This document shows, piece by piece, positions 20,795 to 35,421 of a stretch of 64,000 nucleotides of DNA; within the stretch, counting starts at the first letter, position 1, and each line of letters opens with the position of its first letter. The notes beneath the pieces are model-generated. The model was not told the origin of the DNA. It made no database searches and was given only the letters and a program-made list of their open reading frames with translations. The translations under genes were made by a program, and so were the position numbers. This DNA is from Phycisphaeraceae bacterium (GTDB taxonomy: Bacteria > Planctomycetota > Phycisphaerae > Phycisphaerales > Zrk34): positions 9,437-73,436 of the forward strand of contig JBBDRF010000081.1 in NCBI GenBank assembly GCA_040905565.1, read 5' to 3'.

Positions 20795-21688
20795 TCAACA
20801 TCCCGCGACCAGATCGACGCCGTGCTCCTGTAGCCGCTGCTTCTCGGCGAGGAGTTGGCGGAGATGATGAAAAGCCGGTCGCGGCGAGCCTGCTGCCGTC
20901 GCGAGCGCCGTGCAGGGACCGGCTGCGGCAGGCTGCGCCAGCAGCGGATTCCAGTAGAGGCGCTGGAAAGGTGCGGTGGCGGCGCTCTCAACGAAGGCGG
21001 CGGTGGCGGTGGGGTCCTCCGTCGTGGGGCACGCGGCTGTGGTGATCCAGGTGGGCCGATCGGTGAGCGACGCAAGGTGACGCTTGAGATGCAGGAACGA
21101 CACGAACGCGGACCCCTCAGCGAACGGCGACCCGGCGTGCGGCTGAACGTGGGCGGCGACGACATCAATGTGCTCAAGCCCCCCCACCTGCGTAACAGCT
21201 TTGAGGAATCGACCGCATACCCGCCGAAGTCCCGCCAGCACCGTGCGCTTGTTATGCCGCTGCGCGCAGGCTGCGGCACGGTGGAGCCTGGCGACCTCAG
21301 CCACGAACGGGTCATCACGGCGAATGTCCGCAGCAATCTCAAACTGGGTTGGATCGACCTCGTCGCCGATTTGGACGGTGTCGAAATGTTGCCCGTGCTC
21401 ACTGAGGAAGCGGTCGACGAAAACGGCGAGCCTGTCACGTGGCTCGGCGATGGTGGGCATGGCCGCGTCGAGGCCGGCGCATGAGAAGACGGGGAGGATG
21501 CGGCAGTCGCTGAGCGCGTCGAAAAGGCGACGGTACCAGACGTTCGCGTGCGGACGGTGCTGATCGCTGGCACGGATGGGCAGCCGAACGTGCTCCACGC
21601 GGAGCTGCTGCAGTAGCGGCAACGCCAGGTCGAGCGTGGTGCGATCGTGCAGGCCGATGTCGAGGCATAGTCCAATTTGTGGTCGCAA
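20795..21688 (-). CDS. Glycoside hydrolase (clan GH-A/beta-xylosidase-like) protein, apparently degenerate
   Basis: TIM-barrel-like pattern: VEHVRL, WYRRLFDAL, HGQHFDTVQIGDE, IDVVAAH, PTWITT, FQRLYW; context with MDR/GT4/CgeB genes. Confidence 0.55.
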   Translation of the reverse strand: MRPQIGLCLDIGLHDRTTLDLALPLLQQLRVEHVRLPIRASDQHRPHANVWYRRLFDALSDCRILPVFSCAGLDAAMPTIAEPRDRLAVFVDRFLSEHGQHFDTVQIGDEVDPTQFEIAADIRRDDPFVAEVARLHRAAACAQRHNKRTVLAGLRRVCGRFLKAVTQVGGLEHIDVVAAHVQPHAGSPFAEGSAFVSFLHLKRHLASLTDRPTWITTAACPTTEDPTATAAFVESAATAPFQRLYWNPLLAQPAAAGPCTALATAAGSPRPAFHHLRQLLAEKQRLQEHGVDLVAGC

Positions 21689-22007
21689 GCGGAGGCCCCT
21701 TCATTTTAAAGTCGCGGCAGTGCGTGGCGATATACGCAGGGCAAAGATGATGCCCAAGGCGCATCGCCGGTGGCGCGGCTGCGGAGGGCCAGCCGGTGCA
21801 GTGAAGCCGGGCTCGGATGCACAAACTGCAGCACCAGGCGTTGGCCCGCCGAAGGCCGCTGCATGACTTCGCACAACCGCTACGGGGCGAACCGACGCGC
21901 CGGTGGGCGGCACGGCTTTTGTTGATGGTGACGAGCCGTTGGCTTCAACAGCGGGGCGGGTCGCGGGGCCTGCCGAATCACGAGCGGCAGCAATAGAGGG
22001 GGAATAC

Positions 22008-23072
22008 ATGCTCGCGGCGCGTCTTGTGGAACATAGAGCGACGGCGGCGTCGACACGCGTGCGGACGATGGCGGCGGCCATCATCACCGGACCCCGGCGG
22101 CTACGACTTGAGATGGTGCCGGTGCCGGGCGTGGCGGCGTCGCAGGTGCGCGTCCGGGTGGCCGGGTGTGTCGTCTCGCCCTTGGATACGCCGGCGTGGC
22201 GCGGGACCCGGGGCTGGCGATATCCGCTGATGCCGGGCGAGCCGGGCGTCGAGGCGTGGGGCGTGGCCGAGGCGGTGGGGCATGATGTGAAGCACATCGC
22301 AGAGGGCGACCGCGTGGCGATGGTGACGCGCCAGGGGTTCGCCGAGCTTGCGGTGAGCGAGGCCGACCAGGTCGTGCGCATCGAAGCCGGAAGCGAGGGG
22401 CGGAGGAGCAAGGGGGAAGTCGTGGCGGCGACGACACTCGGCCGGGCGATGAACGTCTGGCGCCGCGCGGGCGGTGACGCGGGGCTTGGGAGAGGCGAGC
22501 GCGTGGCCGTGCTGGGCATGGGCATGGTCGGGCTGGCCGTTGTGCAACTGGCGGCCGGCGCGGGGGCGGATGTCGTCGCCGTCTCGAGACGTCAGCAGGG
22601 GCTGCGCTGGGCGAAGCAGTGCGGCGCGACGGAAGCGATCCAATGCGATCGTCTCGCCGGCACCGAGGCAACGCTGAGCGAACTCACCCGCGGCCGGGGG
22701 TTCACACGCGTCATCGAAGCGAGCGGCGCAGGAGGCCTGACACGGCTGGCCGGGCGCATCGTCAGCCGAGGCGGGCGGCTCGTCCTCGCAGGGGGCAGCG
22801 CCGGAGCAGCCGAGCAGGAACGCGACGGCACGGCCGAAGTCTGGCAACGCGCCGATGTCGAACTCGTCAGCGGCCGCATCCGCGATCCACGCTCCGCCAT
22901 CCGCGGCATGCACGAAGCGCTCCACGCCATCGCCGACGGGCGACTCCGGCCCGACGAACTGCAGACTCAACGCTTCACCCTGCCCGGCCTCGGCAAAGCC
23001 ATGGAAATCGGCGGCGGCGAACGCTGCGGACCCGTCCGCACATGGGTCGCCCCCTGCACGGACGTCCCTTGA
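22008..23072 (+). CDS. Medium-chain (zinc-type) dehydrogenase/reductase family protein
   Basis: GroES-like N-domain (QVRVRVAGC...GDRVA), Rossmann VAVLGMGMVG, VIEASG; GAGGGG RBS. Confidence 0.8.
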   Translation: MLAARLVEHRATAASTRVRTMAAAIITGPRRLRLEMVPVPGVAASQVRVRVAGCVVSPLDTPAWRGTRGWRYPLMPGEPGVEAWGVAEAVGHDVKHIAEGDRVAMVTRQGFAELAVSEADQVVRIEAGSEGRRSKGEVVAATTLGRAMNVWRRAGGDAGLGRGERVAVLGMGMVGLAVVQLAAGAGADVVAVSRRQQGLRWAKQCGATEAIQCDRLAGTEATLSELTRGRGFTRVIEASGAGGLTRLAGRIVSRGGRLVLAGGSAGAAEQERDGTAEVWQRADVELVSGRIRDPRSAIRGMHEALHAIADGRLRPDELQTQRFTLPGLGKAMEIGGGERCGPVRTWVAPCTDVP

Positions 23073-23140
23073 GGCAACGCACGCATCGGTTGTGATCGGA
23101 GAGCCGGAGCTGGCTTGTACGTAGTCGGAGGCAGTTTTAA

Positions 23141-24322
23141 TTGCGAAGGATTAACTTGAGACTTTTGTTGACCACGGACACACGCGGCGGCGGCTGGACG
23201 CACACGCTCGAGCTGGCGCGCGGCTTGAGCAGAATGGATGTCGACGTCACCGTCGCCGCCCTCGGCAAACGCTTGCCTCCACCCAGTCGGGCGGCACTTG
23301 CAGCGACGGGGGCAAATATCTACGAAGCGCCCTTCGGCTTGGATTGGATGCTGGCGCCCTGGGCGGAACTGGCCGATGCGAACCGCTGGCTGCTTCGCAT
23401 CTATGAACGCGTCGAGCCGGACGTCGTCCAGCTCAACGGCACCTCGCACGCGGCGATGCGGCTGCCGGGGCCGTTGGTCGCCGTCGGTCACGGCTGTGCG
23501 CGCACGTGGTGGTGGTCGGTGATGGCCGGCCCGCCGCCGGTGGAATGGCGTCGTGGCGAAGAGATTCTCGCCGCCGGCCTCCGCCGCGCCGATGCCGTCG
23601 TCTGCGCCAGCGAAGCGATGTCCGCCATGATGAGAAGATGCTACGGACCGCTGCGGCGTATGCAGGTGATCCGCCCCGGTCGCTGCGGCCGTCGCCTGAA
23701 GCCCGGCATCAAATCCACCAGCGTGCTGAGCACCGGGCAGTTGTGGGATGAGGGCAACAACCTGCAGGCATTGGATGACGCAGCCGGCCACATCCGCTGG
23801 CCTGTCCGCGTGGCCGGTGAACGGCGCGACCTCGACGGCAGCACCTGGCGCATGCGATCGGTCGTGACGCTGGGCGAACTGGACGAAGCGGAAATGGCGG
23901 CGCAGATGAGGCGTGCAGCCATCTTTGCGTTGCCTTCACGTTATGCGCCGGTCGGCATGGCGACGCTCGAAGCGGCGCTCTCCGGCTGCGCCTTGGTGCT
24001 AGGCGATATCCCGGCATTGCGGGAGACGTGGGGCGAAGCGGCGGTGTACGTCCCCGCGGATGATTCGGCCGCACTCGCCGAAGCCGTGAACGAACTCATC
24101 GAAGACGACGGCGCGCGGCGACGGCTCTCCGCGGCAGCGCGGCAGCGTGGGCTGGCCATGACCCCCCAACAGACGGTGCGCGGGTTTATGCGGCTGTACG
24201 AGCAGCTACGCCGCGAGTCCGCCACGCAATGCCGCTACGGTCAGCAGGATCGGTCAGCCATGGCGTTGGAAGGGCTCATGCTTCGTCCGCGCTGGGCAGA
24301 GGGTGTGACATCGCTGGAGTAA
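23141..24322 (+). CDS. Glycosyltransferase family 4
   Basis: LTTDTRGGGWTH, RAAIFALPSRYAPVGMATLEAALSGCALVLGDIP. Confidence 0.85.
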   Translation: MRRINLRLLLTTDTRGGGWTHTLELARGLSRMDVDVTVAALGKRLPPPSRAALAATGANIYEAPFGLDWMLAPWAELADANRWLLRIYERVEPDVVQLNGTSHAAMRLPGPLVAVGHGCARTWWWSVMAGPPPVEWRRGEEILAAGLRRADAVVCASEAMSAMMRRCYGPLRRMQVIRPGRCGRRLKPGIKSTSVLSTGQLWDEGNNLQALDDAAGHIRWPVRVAGERRDLDGSTWRMRSVVTLGELDEAEMAAQMRRAAIFALPSRYAPVGMATLEAALSGCALVLGDIPALRETWGEAAVYVPADDSAALAEAVNELIEDDGARRRLSAAARQRGLAMTPQQTVRGFMRLYEQLRRESATQCRYGQQDRSAMALEGLMLRPRWAEGVTSLE

Positions 24323-24327
24323 CTCCG

Positions 24328-29669
<5,342 letters not shown>

Positions 29670-29737
29670 TTAGCGAGAAGGGGAACCCCAGCCAGCGCGC
29701 AGCGGAAGTCGATCCACAGAGCAACAGACCTTCGCTG

Positions 29738-29799
29738 CACATAGCCCCGGCCTCGGCCGGGGTAATCCCGGAGACCCCGGCCAAGGCCGGGGCTATGTG
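29738..29799. repeat. REP-like 26-bp inverted repeat (each arm self-palindromic)
   Basis: CACATAGCCCCGGCCTCGGCCGGGGT ... ACCCCGGCCAAGGCCGGGGCTATGTG, one mismatch. Confidence 0.85.
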
Positions 29800-29838
29800 T
29801 CACGAACACGCGTCAGTAAGCGGTTGTGCGTCATCCAA

Positions 29839-29862
29839 GAGCCGGGTTGTCCCCAACCCGGT
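29839..29862 (+). repeat. REP-like palindrome, variant C
   Basis: GAGCCGGGTTGTCCCCAACCCGGT, identical copy at 36764-36787. Confidence 0.8.
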
Positions 29863-29959
29863 CGTCCCCGAATTTTCAGCGCGCCTCGCCCAGACGGTTC
29901 AACATGAATACGATATACGGCCGAGTGTTTCACTGACCGCCCTCACAGGAGCTACTTCC

Positions 29960-30676
29960 ATGCGTCTTGCCATTGCCTCGCTTTTGCTGCTCACGCTCGC
30001 TTTCACTGCTTCGACGGTCACGTTCGGCGAAGCCGCTGACGAGAAGACGCCCATGCCCGACGGCGCCTGCTGTGCGCTACCCGCCCACCCGCTCGCTGCG
30101 GCCGCACCTAAGAGCGCGTGCGAAGATGGAACTTGCGAGACTGAGGACTGCGCTGCATGCGAGGCTGACGAGGAAGAGGCCGACGTCCCCCCCGCGCTCA
30201 ACCACGTGATGAAAGACATCAACGGCGAAGACGTGAACCTCGCGAAGTACCAGGGCAAGGTCGTGCTCATGGTCAACGTCGCCAGCAAGTGCGGCTACAC
30301 TCCGCAGTACGCCGGCCTTCAGAAGCTGCACGAAACCTACGCCAAGCAGGGGCTGCAAGTGCTGGGGTTCCCGTGCAATCAATTTGGCGGGCAGGAGCCG
30401 GGCACGAATGAGGACATCGCCGCGTTCTGCGAGGAGAACTTCGGCGTCACCTTCCCGCTGCTCGACAAAATCAACGTCAACGGCGACAACGCCGCCCCCC
30501 TCTACAGCTACCTCACCTCGAAGAAGGTCGAGATCGAAGACCAGGGCGAAGTGAAGTGGAATTTTGAGAAGTTCCTGCTCGACCGCGAGGGCAACGTGAT
30601 CGCCCGCTTCCGCTCCGCCGATGAGCCCGACGGCGAAAAGATGCTCAACGCCATCAAGCAGGCGCTGGAAGGCTGA
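29960..30676 (+). CDS. Glutathione peroxidase family protein (Cys-type), exported, with Cys-rich linker
   Basis: NVASKCGYT, GFPCNQFGGQEP, KWNFEKFL; signal peptide; AGGAG RBS. Confidence 0.93.
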   Translation: MRLAIASLLLLTLAFTASTVTFGEAADEKTPMPDGACCALPAHPLAAAAPKSACEDGTCETEDCAACEADEEEADVPPALNHVMKDINGEDVNLAKYQGKVVLMVNVASKCGYTPQYAGLQKLHETYAKQGLQVLGFPCNQFGGQEPGTNEDIAAFCEENFGVTFPLLDKINVNGDNAAPLYSYLTSKKVEIEDQGEVKWNFEKFLLDREGNVIARFRSADEPDGEKMLNAIKQALEG

Positions 30677-30683
30677 TCACCCA

Positions 30684-30917
30684 ATGGCTCTGCAGTGCAA
30701 TATCAATCAGCGTGGTCGTCGCGCGCGGTTCAACTGGGGCTTGCTGATGCTCGCTGTCGCGGCGGCGTTTGCTGTGGCAGCGGCCGCGGGCTGGTGGGCG
30801 AGCCCCTGGGCGTGGGCCGCGGCGGCGATCTGCCTCGCGTTCGCATTGTTCGGCTTCTTCGAAGCGCGCAAGGGCTGGTGCGTGGTGCGGGCGATGGGGA
30901 TCAAGACGCCGATTTAA
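30684..30917 (+). CDS. Small membrane protein (DUF2892/YgaP-like)
   Basis: CNI...R start, two TM segments, EARKGWCVVRAMGIKT end. Confidence 0.7.
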   Translation: MALQCNINQRGRRARFNWGLLMLAVAAAFAVAAAAGWWASPWAWAAAAICLAFALFGFFEARKGWCVVRAMGIKTPI

Positions 30918-30939
30918 GAATCCGCTTCGGAAGTGATGC

Positions 30940-31119
30940 ATGAACCAAAGGCAGACGGGCTTGGTGCTGATGTTCGGCGGCGCGATCTTCGCGATCGTCA
31001 CCCACTTCACCATCGCCGAGACATCGCTGAGCCTATCGCTGCAGGTCGTCGGGCTGATCGTCACGATGATCGGCGCGATGAACTTCCGCGCAGGCCGGGG
31101 GCATCATACCCGCCGCTGA
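30940..31119 (+). CDS. Small two-TM protein (59 aa, absent from ORF track)
   Basis: Manual translation MNQRQTGLVLMFGGAIFAIVTHFTIAETSLSLSLQVVGLIVTMIGAMNFRAGRGHHTRR*; GC3-rich codons, fills gap between same-strand genes. Confidence 0.65.
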   Translation: MNQRQTGLVLMFGGAIFAIVTHFTIAETSLSLSLQVVGLIVTMIGAMNFRAGRGHHTRR

Positions 31120-31226
31120 TTTTTCATGATTTACCGCCAATTGCCTTGCTCCCAAAGACGCCCGCGCCTCCCCTGCGTAGCATGAGTTGGCGCGCTTCGG
31201 CGTGCCCTCAAAAGGGAGGGGAGACG

Positions 31227-31580
31227 ATGGCTGACACAACCGTAACGAAAATCGATTCGCACCATTCGCCGCTCGGCCCAATGGGCCAGAAGTACCTGGC
31301 GACCGGCGTCCACATGAGCATGCGCCTTTGGGAGAACGAACAACCCACCGACGCCAAGCCCGGCCACGCCCGTGACTATGAAACCCTCGGGTACGTGATC
31401 AAAGGCAAGGCGGAACTTCATGTGGAGGGGCAGATGGTGCAGCTCACCGCAGGCGATTCGTGGGTCGTGCCCAAGGGGGCGCATCATACGTACAAGATCA
31501 TCGAACCGTTCACCGCGGTCGAGGCTACCTGCCCGCCGTCGCTCGTTCATGCACGTGACGAGCACGATCGCAAAGAATGA
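31227..31580 (+). CDS. Cupin domain protein
   Basis: HARDYETLGYVIKGKAEL...GDSWVVPKGAHHTY; GGAGGGGAG RBS. Confidence 0.9.
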   Translation: MADTTVTKIDSHHSPLGPMGQKYLATGVHMSMRLWENEQPTDAKPGHARDYETLGYVIKGKAELHVEGQMVQLTAGDSWVVPKGAHHTYKIIEPFTAVEATCPPSLVHARDEHDRKE

Positions 31581-31657
31581 CGCGGCGTTTCACCGCACCG
31601 CTTACCTGACAATCGAAGAAGATTAGCCGCCGACCTGGGGTCGGGGGAGGCTTGATC

Positions 31658-32290
31658 ATGATTCAGCCGGACACGATCCGCATCATCGGCAAGGACGGTC
31701 TGCGCGGGCACGCGCCGCGCGGGCCCTGGCTCGAAACGCTTCAAGGGGACGTCCCGGTCACGCTTGACGACGGTCGGCAACTCACCGTCGCAGCGGACGC
31801 TTTGGAGACGCTGGAGGATGGGTCGCTGGCGATGCCCATCGGCCCCGCCGACATCGAAGCGCATCACGGCACGACCGGCGCCGACGAGCAGGTCATTCCA
31901 CTGGCCGAGGAGCAACTGCGAATCAGCAGGAAAGCCGTGCCCACCGGCAAGGTCATCGTGGAGAAGACCGTGCATGAGTGGGAAGAGGTCGTCGACGAGC
32001 CGACCCTACATGAGGACGTGGAGGTGAAGCGGTTCCCGATCGGCGAGTATGTCGAAGAGACTTTACCAATTCGGCAGGAGGGCGACACCACCATCGTGCC
32101 CCTCTACGAAGAGGTCGTGGTGGTGAAGAAAAGACTGCGACTGAAGGAGGAGGTGCACATCACCAGACGGCAACGTCGCGAACACCGTGAGCCGCAGCGC
32201 GTGGTGCTTCGTCGTGAGGAAGCTTCAATCCATCGAGAGAATGAGGAAAACACCGACGAAGGATCAACCGGGCCTGGGCCTAGCATCTGA
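31658..32290 (+). CDS. YsnF/AvaK (DUF2382) domain protein
   Basis: IPLAEEQLRISRK...GKV, RQEGDTTIVPLYEEVVVVKKRLRLKEEVHI, LRREE. Confidence 0.88.
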   Translation: MIQPDTIRIIGKDGLRGHAPRGPWLETLQGDVPVTLDDGRQLTVAADALETLEDGSLAMPIGPADIEAHHGTTGADEQVIPLAEEQLRISRKAVPTGKVIVEKTVHEWEEVVDEPTLHEDVEVKRFPIGEYVEETLPIRQEGDTTIVPLYEEVVVVKKRLRLKEEVHITRRQRREHREPQRVVLRREEASIHRENEENTDEGSTGPGPSI

Positions 32291-32427
32291 TTAGAGACGG
32301 CGTTTCCGATTCGTGTTTAACTCGACACAGCGCGAGGGGGCGAAACAGCGGATCGAGCAACAGCCTCAGTCCGCCCCGCTGAGTGGCGGGTGCGACAGAT
32401 GGACCCTGACGCGAAGGAGAAAGAGCG

Positions 32428-33483
32428 ATGATTTTACCGGATACAACACGCGTCGCCGCCCTGTTCGACAGGCGCGAAGACGCGGACGCAGCAAGGCAGG
32501 AACTGATCGACAACGGCTTCAACGCCGAGGAAATTCGCCTCGTCGACCGAAGCGAAAATATTCAGGGCCGCGAGGAGCAAGGCGGCTTCTGGCACAACCT
32601 GCGCGAGATGTTCGGCAAGCAGGATGCCGACACGTACGCCGAGGCGGCACGCCACAGTTCGAGCGTTCTCTCCGTCGACGCCCGCGGTGAGGATCGCGCC
32701 AACGAAGCAGCGGACATCCTTGATCGTCATCACCCGGTCGATCTTGATGAGCGCGTCGCCGAACAGCGTCGCCAAGGTGCCGGCACCCAGGCGGGCTCGA
32801 CCGGTTCGACGCAGGCGGGTTCGGCAGAGGGCGCGTCATTCGCCAGTAGCGAAACACCGCCACAGTCACAGCAGCCCCAGGCCGGCCGCAAAGAAGGCGA
32901 GGAACGGATTCCGATCGTCGAAGAGCACCTGGACGTCGGCAAGCGTCGCCATCGGGCGGGCGGGGTGCGCATCTATAGCCGGGTTGAGGAGCAGCCGGTT
33001 GAAGAGGATGTGACCCTGCGCGAGGAGCGGATCAAGGTCGACCGTGAGAAGGCCGACCGTCCCGCGGATGCCGATGCGTTCGAAGAGCGGACGATCGAAG
33101 CAAGCGAAACGCGCGAGGAGCCTGTCGTCGAGAAGGAAGCTCGCGTCGTGGAAGATGTCGTCCTCCGCAAGGAGCAGGAAGAGCACACCGAAACGGTGCA
33201 CGACACCGTGCGGAAGACCGATGTCGACATCGAGCAACTCGATCAGGACTATCGGCAGAATTTCGAAAGCAGCTATGCCGACACCGGCGAGACCTACGAC
33301 CAGTACAGCCCAGCATACGAGTACGGTCGGCAACTGGCGGTGGATCCGCACTACGGCAACCGCGATTGGGAGTCGGTCGAGCCCGAAGCGCGGGAACGCT
33401 TCGAGCAAGACAATCCCGGCACTTGGGACAAGTTCCGCGATTCAGTCCGCTACGGCTATGAGCGGGCGCTCGGGCGCCGTTGA
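32428..33483 (+). CDS. YsnF/AvaK (DUF2382) domain general stress protein
   Basis: IPIVEEHLDVGKR...GGVRIY, REEPVVEKEARVVEDV, ETVHDTVRKTDVDIE; N-terminal VAALFD...GGFW. Confidence 0.9.
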   Translation: MILPDTTRVAALFDRREDADAARQELIDNGFNAEEIRLVDRSENIQGREEQGGFWHNLREMFGKQDADTYAEAARHSSSVLSVDARGEDRANEAADILDRHHPVDLDERVAEQRRQGAGTQAGSTGSTQAGSAEGASFASSETPPQSQQPQAGRKEGEERIPIVEEHLDVGKRRHRAGGVRIYSRVEEQPVEEDVTLREERIKVDREKADRPADADAFEERTIEASETREEPVVEKEARVVEDVVLRKEQEEHTETVHDTVRKTDVDIEQLDQDYRQNFESSYADTGETYDQYSPAYEYGRQLAVDPHYGNRDWESVEPEARERFEQDNPGTWDKFRDSVRYGYERALGRR

Positions 33484-33512
33484 ACGCCGGGCCATGCTAC
33501 CGAACGGCTCAC

Positions 33513-33544
33513 GGGCCCGTGTCGATGGGGACGCGGGCCCTTTT
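33513..33544 (+). terminator. Intrinsic terminator
   Basis: GGGCCCGTGTC-loop-GACGCGGGCCC followed by TTTT. Confidence 0.7.
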
Positions 33545-33705
33545 ACTTACTTCTCAACGGATAGGGCTCGCACCGACGCCATGCAGGGCGGCGCTCCGAT
33601 GCCCACCGCAGCGCCGCACTGAAGACCATGACGCACCGCAAGGCGTATCAAATAGAGGCAAGGCGATGAGCGCCGATGCCGGGCGAAACATCAAAGGAGG
33701 CTCCC

Positions 33706-33933
33706 ATGGCCAGCGAAGGCGGCAAAGAAAAGAAAGCGGAAGGCAAGTTCGAACAGATCAAAGGCAAGGCCAAGGACGCGTGGGGGTCCGTCACAGGCGA
33801 CACCTCCAAGCAGGCCGAGGGCAAGGCCCAGAAGGGGACCGGCAAGACCGAAGAGAAAGCAGGCGACACGCAGGAACGCCTTGAGCAGAAGGCACGCGAA
33901 GTACAGGATCGCATCTCACAGAAGAACAAATGA
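33706..33933 (+). CDS. CsbD family protein
   Basis: EGKFEQIKGKAKDAWGSVTGD...EGKAQKGTGK; AAGGAGG RBS. Confidence 0.9.
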   Translation: MASEGGKEKKAEGKFEQIKGKAKDAWGSVTGDTSKQAEGKAQKGTGKTEEKAGDTQERLEQKAREVQDRISQKNK

Positions 33934-34095
33934 CGCGATTCCCACATGCCCGCCCGCAGCGTACGCCGCCGCGGCGGGTTTGACATAGATCCCGGGTCGA
34001 GCGACACCCTCGCTCGGCCCGGCTTTCGTATCCGCTCACCCCCCTCAACGCCGCAACGCTTGCCTCGGGCGCGGCGATCGGATACCACCTGTGGC

Positions 34096-35358
34096 ATGAT
34101 GACGACGGTTGGATTGTCTTACCTCACCGAGGACGAACCGGGCATCGGCGGCACGATCAAGCAGCGGCCGGAGGATTTCGTCGTCGACGAACTGCCGCTC
34201 TACGAGCCCATCGGTCGCGGCGACCACCTCTACCTGTTTGTCGAAAAGCGCCGCCGGCTGACCACTGACGTGGTTCGGCTGTTCGCTGAACACTTCGACG
34301 TGCCTTGGGAATCGATCGGCTATGCCGGGCTGAAGGACAAGCACGCGATCACGAGGCAGTGGTTCAGCGTCGAGCATGTCACCGAGGAAAAGGCCCACGA
34401 ATTTCAGAACGATCACATCCAGATTCTGGACTCCGTTCGCCACACCAACAAGCTCAAACGCGGACACCTGAAGGGCAACCGGTTCCGTATCTACATTCGT
34501 GACGTCGACGCCATTGCCGCCGTGCGCGCGACGCGGATCATCAATCGCCTGGCGAAGGTCGGCACGCCGAATTTCATCGGCGAGCAACGCTTCGGGTACC
34601 GCCACAACAACCATCTCGTCGGCAAGCACCTGCTGCTGAACGATCTGCCCGGCTTCCTCGACGAACTGCTCGGCAAGCCGATCGAAGGCGAAGCGGCCAT
34701 CAATCAGCAGGCTCGGCAGGCCTACGAAGCAGGCGACTACGCGAAGGCTTTGGAGCTCTGGCCCACGGTGCACCGCTTCGAACGGCAGGCGCTGGGGCCG
34801 CTGAGCCGGGGGGCCACGCCGAAGAAGGCGGTGCGGAGCATCGACAAGCCTCACCGCAATTTCATGGTGTCCGCGTTTCAGTCGGCGATCTTCAATCAGC
34901 TGCTCAACGATCGGCTGCGGGCGAATCTGCTGGATCAACTGGTGGTGGGCGATATCGCCATCAAGCACGACACGAGCGGCCGGTTCGAGGTGCTTGATGC
35001 GGCCGTCGAGCAGCCGCGCTGCGATCGTTTTGAGATCTCGCCGACGGGCCCGATGTGGGGCAAGGAGATGATGCGGGCAGGCGGGCAGGTGGGGCAGTGG
35101 GAGGCCGAGGCACTTGCCGTTTCGCACGTCACGGAAGAAGATCTCGCAAGTTCGCCCTACGGTCCCACCGGCGCCCGGCGTGCGTTTCGCATGCCGATTC
35201 ATGAGCCTCAGGTTTCCGGCGGGGCCGACGAACACGGTCCCTACGTCTTCCTCGCGTTTGAATTGCCACGTGGCAGCTTCGCCACGGTCGTGCTGCGTGA
35301 GCTGATGAAATCCGCCACGCCTGAAGATGCGTCGCCTGAATCGGATTTAACCGGCTAA
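34096..35358 (+). CDS. truD: tRNA pseudouridine(13) synthase
   Basis: PEDFVVDE, YAGLKDKHAITRQW, GHLKGNRF, PNFIGEQRFG, SAFQS, FELPRGSFATVVLRE. Confidence 0.97.
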   Translation: MMTTVGLSYLTEDEPGIGGTIKQRPEDFVVDELPLYEPIGRGDHLYLFVEKRRRLTTDVVRLFAEHFDVPWESIGYAGLKDKHAITRQWFSVEHVTEEKAHEFQNDHIQILDSVRHTNKLKRGHLKGNRFRIYIRDVDAIAAVRATRIINRLAKVGTPNFIGEQRFGYRHNNHLVGKHLLLNDLPGFLDELLGKPIEGEAAINQQARQAYEAGDYAKALELWPTVHRFERQALGPLSRGATPKKAVRSIDKPHRNFMVSAFQSAIFNQLLNDRLRANLLDQLVVGDIAIKHDTSGRFEVLDAAVEQPRCDRFEISPTGPMWGKEMMRAGGQVGQWEAEALAVSHVTEEDLASSPYGPTGARRAFRMPIHEPQVSGGADEHGPYVFLAFELPRGSFATVVLRELMKSATPEDASPESDLTG

Positions 35359-35421
35359 GATATAGCACGACGCCCCGACCACGTCCGGGCCCCCCCACTG
35401 CTGACATTGGAGACGAACACG

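Noticed and set aside
21905..21925. Possible sigma54 promoter GGCACGGCTTTTGT upstream of the MDR gene
   Set aside because: The -12 element reads GT rather than the conserved GC; no matching motif found before the other stress genes
29960..30676. Selenocysteine in the glutathione peroxidase
   Set aside because: The active-site codon is TGC (Cys); no in-frame TGA
30933..31226. Long N-terminal extension of the cupin ORF (also the track's extended starts for truD, sod, PhzF, FMN reductase, GPx, beta-barrel)
   Set aside because: Downstream starts match family N-termini and often have a clear RBS; the extensions are Arg/Pro-rich non-coding-like sequence or overlap other genes
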